Assembly: GCA_963693055.1 (NCBI GenBank) | Contig: OY843751.1 | Location: 5,184,001-5,248,000 of the forward strand | Direction: 5' to 3' | DNA length: 64,000 bases | Source of the DNA: a bacterium | Lineage (GTDB): Bacteria > Zhuqueibacterota > Zhuqueibacteria > Residuimicrobiales > Krinioviventaceae | Shown: one piece after another, positions 18,315 to 27,867 of the stretch | Position numbering within the stretch: the first letter of the stretch is position 1 | Layout of the letters: every line of letters starts with the position of its first letter | Notes under the pieces: model-generated | What the model was told of the DNA's origin: nothing | Seen by the model: the letters and a program-made list of their open reading frames with translations, nothing else | Database searches by the model: none | Position numbers and translations under genes: made by a program

Positions 18315-20129
18315 TTAAATATCATCTGTTTGAAAAAAATGTGATTTAACAAGTGCTTCCATATTGGGTGAAAGTACAATTCGCCCCTCTTTATTCATTT
18401 TTGTGATCAAGTGTGTTTCATACAAACAAAATCCACCCAGATCAGGATAGTTGCTGATCAAATCCAACTCTTCCCGGGTACGATTATTGGGGCCATCAAA
18501 ACTAATCTCATGGAATTTACCTTGAAAATACAACGGTTTGTTTGATTTACGGGTTACGTCTAGCATTGTCTCTAAAACCTGTTTTACATGCCAGGGCTGC
18601 AAAGTAAACACGCCTCTGAATTCCAGATCATCGGCAATTTCACGTACCCAGGTTTCCCACTGCCATTCAAAATTGGTGGGTATATAACTCAACCGTCTGT
18701 GCCTGTCATCCGGGGCCAGCATTTGGGCAAAGATATGTACGGTAATGGACTTGCCCCTGCTCTTGATGAGCTCCCGAGCTTCCCGCAGAAATTGGGTATA
18801 GGCATTGCCATTAATACGTTTTATGGTGGGATAATCTGTTTTACCACCAGCGGCTTTGATTACCGGTTCATTAAAACCATACTCCCATGATTCCGGGGAC
18901 TGGGTATGATTGGCAACCCTGTAATTAATGCCGTCCACGTCCCGGTCCAGACAAAAACGCGTTAAATCCAGCCAGTGTTTTCTCACCTCGGGGTAAATGG
19001 GATTCAAATTACCAAACATGTATTCCGGCTTGCCACATACTGCCGCCACAAAACCATCTTTGTCCAGAGTTTTGGTATCTGTTACATTATAGCGATCATA
19101 ATTATAAAAATCCTTGTAATGCTCCTGCATCTTTTGGGCATCATTGATTTCCCGTTTTACTTGTGGCATTTCTGCGTATCGCACCATGTTGTGCCGGGTT
19201 AGCCATGATTTGTAAAAGATGTTATTGTGCGTTTCCAGCGAAACCGGTCCTGTGCTCATGGTGTTTGGAATGATTTCACCATCCGGACCCACCAGCTCAA
19301 GGATTCTTCCATATTCATTTTTAAAATCAGCATCATTATCAGCCAGAGAGCATTTTATGAGGATATGGCGATGATCCTTTGGGATCTGTAAATCCTCAAG
19401 ATTGAGGATGCGGCATTGCCTCCATTTGGGAAATCCGCTGCGCCATTCAACAGACTCCCGAAACGAGACAGGCCCCTTGTATTCCACATATCCATTGTTT
19501 TCAGGACTGGTATAGATTGCAAGATGTTCGGCTTTGATACGTGTAGCGCTATCATCGCGTTTCACAAGACGAATGCTGCTAACCGGTCCCTTGTACTCAA
19601 AAGTACCGGGACGGCGTTTTAAGCACATTTCCACATGTTTTGCGGCAAAGGGACTGGCAAGGGGTTTGATTCCACAGATATCTTTATAGGCAACCGCACC
19701 CTCGGGGAATGGCAACGTGTGCGGCAGAACCGGACGGAATCCGCATTCTTCAAATGGCTTGATCAACGCGTAAAATTCCAGTCCATGTTGATGCGCGGAT
19801 TCAACAGCCTCGGCCAAGATATCAATACCCAAAGGATGGTTCTCATGAATAGACCAGACCGTATAAACAATCCACTGGTGACGCGTTACACCCAATTTCA
19901 CAAGGCTTTTATGCAGATCGTCCAGTTGGGCCCTGTCCATAAAACAATCATTATAGATAATATTACCCACATATTCACTTGTTGCCAACAGCTTTTTAGA
20001 GTTTGAATTTAATGGTTTTGAAAGTGTGGTTTTGACAAAGGGATTGATTGCACTGATTGCCAATGCCCCCATTCCGCTCAATGCCAGATTATGAAATGTA
20101 CGTCTGTTTATTTTTGTGGATGTACTCAT
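18315..20129 (-). CDS. Tat-exported hypothetical protein, putative GHL10-like (paralog 1 of 5)
   Basis: NRRTFH Tat-like motif and the same conserved blocks; GGAG RBS. Confidence 0.7.
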   Translation of the reverse strand: MSTSTKINRRTFHNLALSGMGALAISAINPFVKTTLSKPLNSNSKKLLATSEYVGNIIYNDCFMDRAQLDDLHKSLVKLGVTRHQWIVYTVWSIHENHPLGIDILAEAVESAHQHGLEFYALIKPFEECGFRPVLPHTLPFPEGAVAYKDICGIKPLASPFAAKHVEMCLKRRPGTFEYKGPVSSIRLVKRDDSATRIKAEHLAIYTSPENNGYVEYKGPVSFRESVEWRSGFPKWRQCRILNLEDLQIPKDHRHILIKCSLADNDADFKNEYGRILELVGPDGEIIPNTMSTGPVSLETHNNIFYKSWLTRHNMVRYAEMPQVKREINDAQKMQEHYKDFYNYDRYNVTDTKTLDKDGFVAAVCGKPEYMFGNLNPIYPEVRKHWLDLTRFCLDRDVDGINYRVANHTQSPESWEYGFNEPVIKAAGGKTDYPTIKRINGNAYTQFLREARELIKSRGKSITVHIFAQMLAPDDRHRRLSYIPTNFEWQWETWVREIADDLEFRGVFTLQPWHVKQVLETMLDVTRKSNKPLYFQGKFHEISFDGPNNRTREELDLISNYPDLGGFCLYETHLITKMNKEGRIVLSPNMEALVKSHFFQTDDI

Positions 20130-20181
20130 GAATCACTCCAGGTAAATGATTTTAAATTTCAACGAACTAATCCAACATAGC

Positions 20182-20199
20182 AATGATTTACAAATCATT
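20182..20199. promoter_or_regulatory. Candidate operator palindrome upstream of the five-paralog array
   Basis: Perfect 8-2-8 palindrome AATGATTT-AC-AAATCATT about 50 nt upstream of the first gene. Confidence 0.4.
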
Positions 20200-20273
20200 C
20201 ACCATATAGACTATATAGATCTCGGTGCCGGTCATCAGTTTACTAAATCCGTCATTATCCTGTATATGGGTTA

Positions 20274-21029
20274 TCAATTTTGCCCATTTTCTTCATTTTC
20301 ATCTTTTATGATTTGAAAAACTATTTTCACAGTCTTTACAATTTTAATTGTTTCCACAAAGAAAGAAGCTCCATTGGTGGAAGATAATCCTCCTCCCATA
20401 ACTGCACTATTGGCAAAACTTGAATATTGGGAAAGTGTCACTGGGATATTATCATCAATTTCTTCCACATTAATGGCTTTAATATGTTTAATATTAAGAT
20501 TTTTCGATATCAATTCTGCTTTTTCTTTTGCGTTTCGAACTGCAGTCTCTAAAGTATTTAACTTTATTTGTTTTATGTTCTTGAGATCAAATTTCATATC
20601 AGACATTTCATGCGGCTCAAAATTAGCAACTGTAATTATTGCTTTTTCCAATAATGCAAAATCCTGTATGTTGACTTTAACATCTATGCAAGCTACATAA
20701 TCACGATTAGACGACAAGAATGCTTTATTATCATAATTTTCCGAACTGTAAAAACGAGAGGTTTCAAGGTCTTTATCTTTTAATCCTATTTTAAAAAGCG
20801 ACTCTGATATTAATGCAACTTTATCTTTGGCATTTTTTACAGCATTATTCAAGTTTTTGCCATATCCATTAATCTGGAAAGTAAAATATGCAAAATCCGC
20901 CGGTGTTTCTGTAATACAAGTACCTGTTACTGCTATGATATTTTTAGGAATGTGGTCTTTGCTTTCTTTTGAAAGGGATATGGATGAAAATGACATTAAA
21001 ATAATGATAATGAAGAATAGTTTTTTCAT
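20274..21029 (-). CDS. SIMPL (DUF541) domain protein
   Basis: IAVTG.....PAD.A, LETAVRNAKEKAELI, VKIVFQI; signal peptide from ATG 21029. Confidence 0.85.
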   Translation of the reverse strand: MKKLFFIIIILMSFSSISLSKESKDHIPKNIIAVTGTCITETPADFAYFTFQINGYGKNLNNAVKNAKDKVALISESLFKIGLKDKDLETSRFYSSENYDNKAFLSSNRDYVACIDVKVNIQDFALLEKAIITVANFEPHEMSDMKFDLKNIKQIKLNTLETAVRNAKEKAELISKNLNIKHIKAINVEEIDDNIPVTLSQYSSFANSAVMGGGLSSTNGASFFVETIKIVKTVKIVFQIIKDENEENGQN

Positions 21030-21190
21030 AAATATTTTCCTCAAAAAACTGTAATTCACTCGATTGATGGTTATTTTATATTTCTAAAAACGTTTTGCAT
21101 GCAAAACTGGTAATAAATTCTTTAAGAAAACTTTTTACCCATTCAACAGATTAACTATGAATAGGTTTTTCATCCTATCACTCTTTTTTT

Positions 21191-21262
21191 TTTACACAAA
21201 GTTCGCCGAGTTCGCAAAGAATTTTATACTTTCTCTGCGTCCCTACAGCCTCTGCGTTAAAA
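21191..21262. repeat. Second copy of the cgcagag-unit inverted repeat
   Basis: cacaaag-ttcgccgag-ttcgcaaag ... ctctgcg-tccctacagc-ctctgcgttaa. Confidence 0.6.
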
Positions 21263-21290
21263 AAAACATATTTATTAAACCCCTTTTATC

Positions 21291-22844
21291 CTAAAGCTTA
21301 AATATCTTGACTGTTTTTTCTGATCCTTTCTTCACATCCGTATACACATCCACAACCGTCTTGTCCTTTGTCTGGATGATCTGGTTTACCTTGCCGCCGT
21401 CTACCCGGTATTCGCCCTTTTTCATCACAAATCTTACTTTACATCCCGGCAGGTCTACCGGAAAGCGGTTGGTTATCACGGCCTCATTTTTTGCAACATT
21501 GCCATCATTCGAGTTTTTAAATTCAAGCGTCAGGTTAAGCTTTAATTTTCTGTAATTATCCACAGGATTTTCACAAAACCGCAGAGGTTCGGTAAATGTA
21601 AACTTGCTGCCGTCAATATAAAAAATGCGAAAAAATCCCAAATTCTCTTGCCAGTTTTTAATCTCACCGCTTCGGCAGACCGTCCCGGACCGGATACTCA
21701 GGGTCGGCGTTGCACCCACATACTCATGAAAGGGCGTATGATTGTGTCCGTTTAAAAGTATACCAATCCTGTGCTTGTCCATAAAAGTTGTATCAATACG
21801 ATCAGGACGGTGCTGTGCCATGATGCGCAAAGCACCATCGCCGTTTTCCGCAAGGAACGATTCCAAAACCTGTCCCTGCAATCCGGACATGGGTGACGCA
21901 TCCGGAATATCATTCACAGGATCACCCAGAAAATCATCCGCTGCTAAAACACGGGTATTACCGTATGAGAATCCATACACGCGCAGACCGCACAAGTCGT
22001 TCCACTGACTTGACATGGCCATGTAGTCTTTTCTGGAAACACCATAAGAGTCGTGGTTGCCGGGTAAACTGAAAATCGGAGCATTAAATCCGTGAACGCC
22101 TGAAAACCCTTTTGCCCCGGTATAATAATTTCTGTACTTTTCTTCAACCAACGGACGTAAATCCGCATCGTACAGTTTATCTCCGCCCCATCCGGTAGAA
22201 TCCGCATTCACCCGGGTATAGTGCATTATAACATCACCGGTATTGATAATAAAATCCGGTGCAATAATATTGGCCAAATCCACAAACTGATCCAGCAGTT
22301 CCAGTTCTTTAGCATAACCATCATCACCATCACCCACCCAGGCACGGGTAACATGCGTATCGGATATGTGTATAAAACAATGTGACGGTTTAAACTCGCG
22401 CACAACCTTGACGGATTTACGGGAAACGTGAGTCTCGCCATTGCTGTATATTAACAAATCGTACAACTCTTCTGGTGCGGATTTGGGTACACTGAGCCAT
22501 ATTTTGTTGTTTACATCCTTTTGAGTGAATGTATCGTAAACAAACCGATCAACACTGACCGAATCAATCATCAGGAGAACGCGATTGTACGGACCTGTTA
22601 AAACGACAGAGTCAATATCCGCAAAAGTGATATTGTTATACAATGCTGAAAATTCACCTCCGCACTCGGCAAATGCGGGTGCAGCCCGCCATGGATATAC
22701 GATATCTCCCGCAAACGAAACACTGTTAAAAGCTAACAACAAAATAAACAAAAAACCAATAATTCTATGCTTTATGATCACTTTCAAAACGACCCCTTTC
22801 ATTACTATATAGTTAACAGGAGTGGTTTTTCCGGAATAGGACAC
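21291..22844 (-). CDS. Secreted calcineurin-like metallophosphoesterase
   Basis: HISDTH, NTGDV, PGNHD and LNGHNH metal motifs. The true start is probably downstream of the ORF start. Confidence 0.85.
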   Translation of the reverse strand: MSYSGKTTPVNYIVMKGVVLKVIIKHRIIGFLFILLLAFNSVSFAGDIVYPWRAAPAFAECGGEFSALYNNITFADIDSVVLTGPYNRVLLMIDSVSVDRFVYDTFTQKDVNNKIWLSVPKSAPEELYDLLIYSNGETHVSRKSVKVVREFKPSHCFIHISDTHVTRAWVGDGDDGYAKELELLDQFVDLANIIAPDFIINTGDVIMHYTRVNADSTGWGGDKLYDADLRPLVEEKYRNYYTGAKGFSGVHGFNAPIFSLPGNHDSYGVSRKDYMAMSSQWNDLCGLRVYGFSYGNTRVLAADDFLGDPVNDIPDASPMSGLQGQVLESFLAENGDGALRIMAQHRPDRIDTTFMDKHRIGILLNGHNHTPFHEYVGATPTLSIRSGTVCRSGEIKNWQENLGFFRIFYIDGSKFTFTEPLRFCENPVDNYRKLKLNLTLEFKNSNDGNVAKNEAVITNRFPVDLPGCKVRFVMKKGEYRVDGGKVNQIIQTKDKTVVDVYTDVKKGSEKTVKIFKL

Positions 22845-23091
22845 GATTTAAACCTGCTCCCCATCATTACCTATATTATAATAGCAAAAATTTTAACAAA
22901 AGCAATGATTTATATATAAGGGCAGGGTACAAGACTCTATCGTTAATCTTTTTGGGGGATCGTTTTCTTTGTAATGGGGGCAAATTCTCTTATGGAAAGC
23001 GTTGAAAGTTTAAACGGAGGACGCTGAAACATGACAACCTCCCGGATGCGTATCAAAAACTCGAGAATTAAGCCAGTGCAAATTGATAAAT

Positions 23092-23131
23092 AAAACTAAC
23101 GTTCGTGACAGAGTTGATCTCTGTCACGAAC
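23092..23131. repeat. 40-bp palindromic repeat, copy 2
   Basis: aaaactaac-gttcgtgacagag-ttgat-ctctgtcacgaac; matches 8116-8155. Confidence 0.8.
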
Positions 23132-23262
23132 CCCATTTTCTCGGTATCTCAGCAATTTCTGCATTAATAAAAAAAATCCGTCTGTGACGGACATACAAAT
23201 CACATTTCATTCTACTTTCGTGCTTATTCGTGTGATTCGTGGGCAGTCTTTTAGTTAAAAAA

Positions 23263-24705
23263 TCAGACTTTTTTGGTTTTCCAGCGATTTCTGCGGAACC
23301 ACAACGCCATGATAATCCCCTTGAGGCCGGTTGTAGAGCCAATAGCCCACCAAACTCCCTCGCTGCCCATTCCCAGTGTATGTGCTAATAGATATGCCAG
23401 GGGTATTCTTGCCCAGGTAATAGGCACAGAAACCAGCATAGGCGGCAGCGAATTGCCGGCACCGCTGAACGCACCCTCAAAAACGATCTCGAGCCCCAAA
23501 AAAATCTCGAAAAAAGCAATAATCTTTAAATAGCTGGTCCCTTCCGCAACTACCACGGGATCACTGATAAAAAACAAAATGATCCACTTGCCGCCAAAAT
23601 AAAATGCAACGGAGACAAACACCAGCATGATTGACACATATAATATGGACAACCAGGCGGATTTCTCGGCCCGGGCAGGTTTACCGGCACCGAGGTTTTG
23701 TCCCACCAGTGTAGAAGCAGCTACGGATACACCCACCGCGGCAAAATATGCCAGCCCCTCAATCCGGTGTCCCAGGCCCAGTGCGGCCAACGGACCGGGA
23801 CCAAAACCGGTAATAACACGCGTCAGCAGCATATAACTGATGCTAAACATCACCCCGCTAAACCCAATTGGCGCACCAATCCGGGTGATCCGCCAGATTA
23901 AATTGGGATTAATAAAGGACTTTAGCGACCAGTCAATATGGATATGCACGTCCCGTTTTTGCAATAGCGTAATTCCCCATACCAATGCCACGATATGGCT
24001 GATAACGGTAGCCAGCGCCGCACCACCTGCTTCCATACGGGGAAACGGTCCCACACCTAAAATCAACAAGGGATCGAGCACGACATTTAACGTCAACGCA
24101 GCGGTTATCAATTTGAGCGGAGTTTTGGTATCGCCCATGCCCCGAAAAGCCGCGTCCATGGCAAAAACCATAAATATGGTAATCATGCCTGAAAAGATAT
24201 AGAACAGATATTCACGTGCATGCCTGAGCACCTCACCCTCAAGGCCCATGTATGTGTAAATCCAGTCTTCTGTCAAAAATCCAATGACTCCAAAACCGAT
24301 TGCCAGAGCAGCCGCCATAATGAGACATTGCCCCACAATTCTGCTAGCCAGTGCAGTATCGCGTGCGCCCACAAATCGTGCTACCATGGCATTTCCACCG
24401 GTTTCTACCAGCGTTGCTACGGATTGCAGCGTCCACAAAATAAAAGAAGCCGCACTCACTCCGGCAAGCGCATCTGCACCCAACTTGCCCACAAACCAGA
24501 CATCCACCAGGTTGAACACCATTAAAAACACCATAGACGTAAACGCCGGCCACGCAAGTTTGACAATAGCGTTACTGATGGGTATTCGGGTCAATTCCGG
24601 ACCTTCGTCCACTTGAGGTAAAACCGTAGCGCATTCGGGAGCAAAATTCCAGTCCAAAGGAGGTTCACTTTGTGGATTATTTTTTGTATATTCACTCATA
24701 GACAT
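23263..24705 (-). CDS. MATE family efflux transporter
   Basis: LAWPA..SM....FNLVD..FVGKLG, RGMGDTKTP, NVVLDPLLI.G, TLVGQNLGAG. Confidence 0.9.
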   Translation of the reverse strand: MSMSEYTKNNPQSEPPLDWNFAPECATVLPQVDEGPELTRIPISNAIVKLAWPAFTSMVFLMVFNLVDVWFVGKLGADALAGVSAASFILWTLQSVATLVETGGNAMVARFVGARDTALASRIVGQCLIMAAALAIGFGVIGFLTEDWIYTYMGLEGEVLRHAREYLFYIFSGMITIFMVFAMDAAFRGMGDTKTPLKLITAALTLNVVLDPLLILGVGPFPRMEAGGAALATVISHIVALVWGITLLQKRDVHIHIDWSLKSFINPNLIWRITRIGAPIGFSGVMFSISYMLLTRVITGFGPGPLAALGLGHRIEGLAYFAAVGVSVAASTLVGQNLGAGKPARAEKSAWLSILYVSIMLVFVSVAFYFGGKWIILFFISDPVVVAEGTSYLKIIAFFEIFLGLEIVFEGAFSGAGNSLPPMLVSVPITWARIPLAYLLAHTLGMGSEGVWWAIGSTTGLKGIIMALWFRRNRWKTKKV

Positions 24706-24743
24706 TTAAATTATGGATTTATAATTAAAAAGCAACGATTATC

Positions 24744-25424
24744 ATGCATGTTATTGACCTGACACAGCCTTTGAATAAAGACATACCCATTTGGCCCGGT
24801 GATCCCAAATTCAGCATGACCATTGTATCCAATCCCGAAAAGGATGGTTATACACTGAACGAGTTGAAAATCGGAGAGCATACAGGTACGCACATTGGTG
24901 CGCCTTCTCATTTTATTCCGTCAGGGCCATCCATCGATCAGGTTCTACCGGATAATCTCATTGTACCGGCCGTAAAGATACCGGTTATACCTCAATGTAA
25001 ACGAAATCCTGACTATCTTGTTTCAAAAGAGGATATTGTAAACTGGGAAAATTCAAATCAAAAAATTTCTGCCAAAACCGTTGTATTATTTGAAACCAGC
25101 TGGAGTCAGTATTGGCAGGAACCGGCAAAGTATCTGGGCAATAACGCGTCGGGTATGCACTTTCCGGGGATTACAGAATCTGCGATGCAGCACCTGATCA
25201 CCCGCAACATAACCGGAGTGGGAATTGATACTGCCGGCATAGACGGCGGTCAATCACAAACATTTGCGGTAAATCTTTTGGCTGCAAAATATAAAATCTA
25301 TCATCTTGAAAACCTTACCCATCTTGAAAAGCTGACAAAAGCCGGCATAACACTGTTCATTGGCGCATTACCCCTGCACAATGGAAGCGGATCGCCCTGC
25401 AGGGTTTTGGCTACAATTTCTTGA
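24744..25424 (+). CDS. Cyclase family (kynurenine formamidase-like) metal hydrolase
   Basis: DLTQPL....PIWPGDP, GEHTGTHIGAPSHF, GVGIDT, HLENL, GSGSPCRVLA. Confidence 0.85.
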   Translation: MHVIDLTQPLNKDIPIWPGDPKFSMTIVSNPEKDGYTLNELKIGEHTGTHIGAPSHFIPSGPSIDQVLPDNLIVPAVKIPVIPQCKRNPDYLVSKEDIVNWENSNQKISAKTVVLFETSWSQYWQEPAKYLGNNASGMHFPGITESAMQHLITRNITGVGIDTAGIDGGQSQTFAVNLLAAKYKIYHLENLTHLEKLTKAGITLFIGALPLHNGSGSPCRVLATIS

Positions 25425-26787
25425 CCTTCCATTTACCCCTGGCAAAGATCGACCAGATAATCATTGCATTTACAAAATTAGAAATCACAACCGCAATCCA
25501 TACACCGTTAACGCCCACATCCCAAATTCTGGGGACAATAAATGACAAGGGAACAGCAATACCTAACAAAGAAAAAGCGGTTATAATCATGGGCCACAGG
25601 GTTTCACCCGCACCGCTTAATCCACGATTAAAGATTACTGCCATGGCAATAAACGGATAAGAGAGTACCATAATACGCAAATAATTCACCCCATTATGGA
25701 TCACCTCTGCATTACCGGTAAACAATTTAAATATACCTGCCGCATGCGTAAAATAGATGATACCGGCGGTTGCCATGATTGAGACAAAGAAAACAAGCGC
25801 CAGCCAGGTACTTTTCACAGCACGGTCCGGTTCTCCTGCTCCCAGATTCTGTCCCACCAGGGTTGCCGTTGCCGCGGCAAGGCCAAATCCCGGCATCATG
25901 ACCAGCATATCAACCCGGATACCAATACCAAAAGCGGCGAGCGCTACAGTCCCATACCCGGCAACAATAGCCATCATAATAATACCGGTTGCACTGCGTA
26001 ACCCCATTTGCAGCGATCCGGGAAACCCGATCCTGGCGATACGTCTCACCAGGTTCCAGTCAATTTTATAAGATTCCCATTTGATATGGAGATGGGTCTT
26101 TTTAACAATCAGGAACAGAATAGCTATGACCATACCAACTGTACGGGCAAGGGTTGTTGCCCAGGCAGCGCCTGCCACCTCTAACCGGGGAAAAGGTCCC
26201 AATCCAAAAATCAATAACGGATCCATGATTGCATTCAACAGAACCGCTACCAGCATGATCCACATGGCGGTTTTGGCGTCACCCACTGCCTGAAAAATGG
26301 ATGCGGACAAAAAGGACAACGCCATGGGAATGGATCCCGCAAACAGGATACGCATATAGACTGTAGCCATATTATGTACGTCTTGTTCCACTCCAAATAT
26401 ATTGATGAGATACGGTGCAACAAAATAACCGATAATTGAGAGGAACAGACCCAAATAAGCACCAAAAATCATGGACTGTAACGCTACATGGTTCACATTA
26501 TCAAAATCTTTTGCACCAAAACTACGGGAAACCATTGCGCCGGTTGCTATACTGATCCCCAATATCAACGCAAAAAGGATCATTAAAATATTACCTACAA
26601 TCGAAATAGCGGCAACCGGGGCAGCACCCAGTCGTCCCACAAACATCATGTCCACAATATTAAAAACCGTCTGCAAAGCATTGGTTGCCATCATGGGGAT
26701 GGCCAATATCCAAAGATTTTTTACAATACTGCCCTGCGTCAGATCTCTACGATTTTTATTCAATGATATATCCTGTAATTTTGACAA
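25411..26787 (-). CDS. MATE family efflux transporter
   Basis: DLTQGSI.K.LW.LAIPM, FNIVDMMFVGRLG, AVGDAKT, TLVGQNLGAG. Confidence 0.9.
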   Translation of the reverse strand: MSKLQDISLNKNRRDLTQGSIVKNLWILAIPMMATNALQTVFNIVDMMFVGRLGAAPVAAISIVGNILMILFALILGISIATGAMVSRSFGAKDFDNVNHVALQSMIFGAYLGLFLSIIGYFVAPYLINIFGVEQDVHNMATVYMRILFAGSIPMALSFLSASIFQAVGDAKTAMWIMLVAVLLNAIMDPLLIFGLGPFPRLEVAGAAWATTLARTVGMVIAILFLIVKKTHLHIKWESYKIDWNLVRRIARIGFPGSLQMGLRSATGIIMMAIVAGYGTVALAAFGIGIRVDMLVMMPGFGLAAATATLVGQNLGAGEPDRAVKSTWLALVFFVSIMATAGIIYFTHAAGIFKLFTGNAEVIHNGVNYLRIMVLSYPFIAMAVIFNRGLSGAGETLWPMIITAFSLLGIAVPLSFIVPRIWDVGVNGVWIAVVISNFVNAMIIWSIFARGKWKVKKL

Positions 26788-26865
26788 TCTAAAAGGTACA
26801 AAGAATTAATTGTGAATACAAGGAGTTAAGTAAGTTATAAATCAGGAAAAGCGAAAAGCAGGCAT

Positions 26866-26895
26866 AAAAAAGCCCCGGGCTGAACACCCGGGGCT
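26866..26895 (-). terminator. Intrinsic terminator, originally belonging to the giant gene 28790-38917
   Basis: On the minus strand, agccccggg-tgttcag-cccggggct followed by TTTTT. Confidence 0.8.
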
Positions 26896-26916
26896 CGAAT
26901 AGTTTATTTACGTTTA

Positions 26917-26936
26917 GGAAATATTTCCGGTAGGTT
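26917..26936 (+). repeat. Left terminal inverted repeat
   Basis: ggaaatatttccggtaggtt. Confidence 0.8.
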
Positions 26937-27051
26937 GTTTTTAAGATTAGAACATTTATTCATTTTTTCAGCTAACGAAAGGAGCTCGTAGGGCGACTGG
27001 AGTTAGCTGAAAAACAATGACAACCTAACCTATTAATTCCTTTTCAAATTT

Positions 27052-27867
27052 TCAAGTTTTCTTTTGTATTAAATCTGAATGATAATGATAAACCAGATCA
27101 CGGTATTGTAATATTGTACTCCGTCCTAATCCGGTTATTCTTACCATTTCCATTAAATTAAAACCTTTTTCCAATAATGATTTTACGTTCTTGTAACTCT
27201 TTAAATACCGACTCGTTGATTCAATTGTGTGATTTGTAATCCGGGCGATATCCGGTTCGGGATATCCCTGCTCGTACAAATCTATAATTGCGGCTTTATG
27301 CGTCGGCTTACTGCCCTGATCCAGCATCATTCCTTTAGTCGGCAATATATCATCATGCGTTTCATGATAAATTGTCATATACCGACCAATAGTGTTTAAT
27401 GAGCGATTCAACAATACACTGAGTTCTGCACCTGTCAACCAGCCGCCCTGTTCTGCCGCACTCTTGCATAACCGCGCCATTACTTTAATATCCCGTTCTG
27501 TTTGTTTTTCATAATTAGCACTGCCATCTTTTGGGGGATAAGAATAATGGCTTTTGATACGATTGTCAATATCCGCATCTGTTACCAACGGTAGCACAAC
27601 TGTCTGAACCTCATAATCTTCCGCTTTTGTGCCATAGCTTGGCTTTCGGTTTGTCGCTTTGGTTGTCCGCCAGATAATCTGACCAAAACTTTTCTTTTCC
27701 AGCTCTGGATAAAATTCATTTTGCAATGCGACAATATCTTCCGCAATCATCCGGATGACTTTGTGGCTTCCCAGCATTTTATAATTTTCTTCCAGTAATC
27801 GAATAATCGCATTTTGAAAGCTACGCTTAGCTATTGATTCATAACGATTTAAAGGCTTAGTCTTCAT
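27052..27867 (-). CDS. DUF1670-like protein B (multi-HTH)
   Basis: RLCKSAAEQGGWLTGAELSVLLNRS..TI, PTKG...DQG..PTHKAAIIDLYEQG....DIARITNHT..ST.RY; paralog of 27857-28684. Confidence 0.75.
   Translation of the reverse strand: MKTKPLNRYESIAKRSFQNAIIRLLEENYKMLGSHKVIRMIAEDIVALQNEFYPELEKKSFGQIIWRTTKATNRKPSYGTKAEDYEVQTVVLPLVTDADIDNRIKSHYSYPPKDGSANYEKQTERDIKVMARLCKSAAEQGGWLTGAELSVLLNRSLNTIGRYMTIYHETHDDILPTKGMMLDQGSKPTHKAAIIDLYEQGYPEPDIARITNHTIESTSRYLKSYKNVKSLLEKGFNLMEMVRITGLGRSTILQYRDLVYHYHSDLIQKKT

Noticed and set aside
10993-20129. Near-identical 3' ends as DGR template/variable repeats
   Set aside because: The differences are synonymous and not adenine-specific, and there is no reverse transcriptase in the window.
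23263-26787. Two MATE genes around a cyclase as a novel detox system
   Set aside because: All are common families, the cyclase is on the opposite strand, and nothing else links them.
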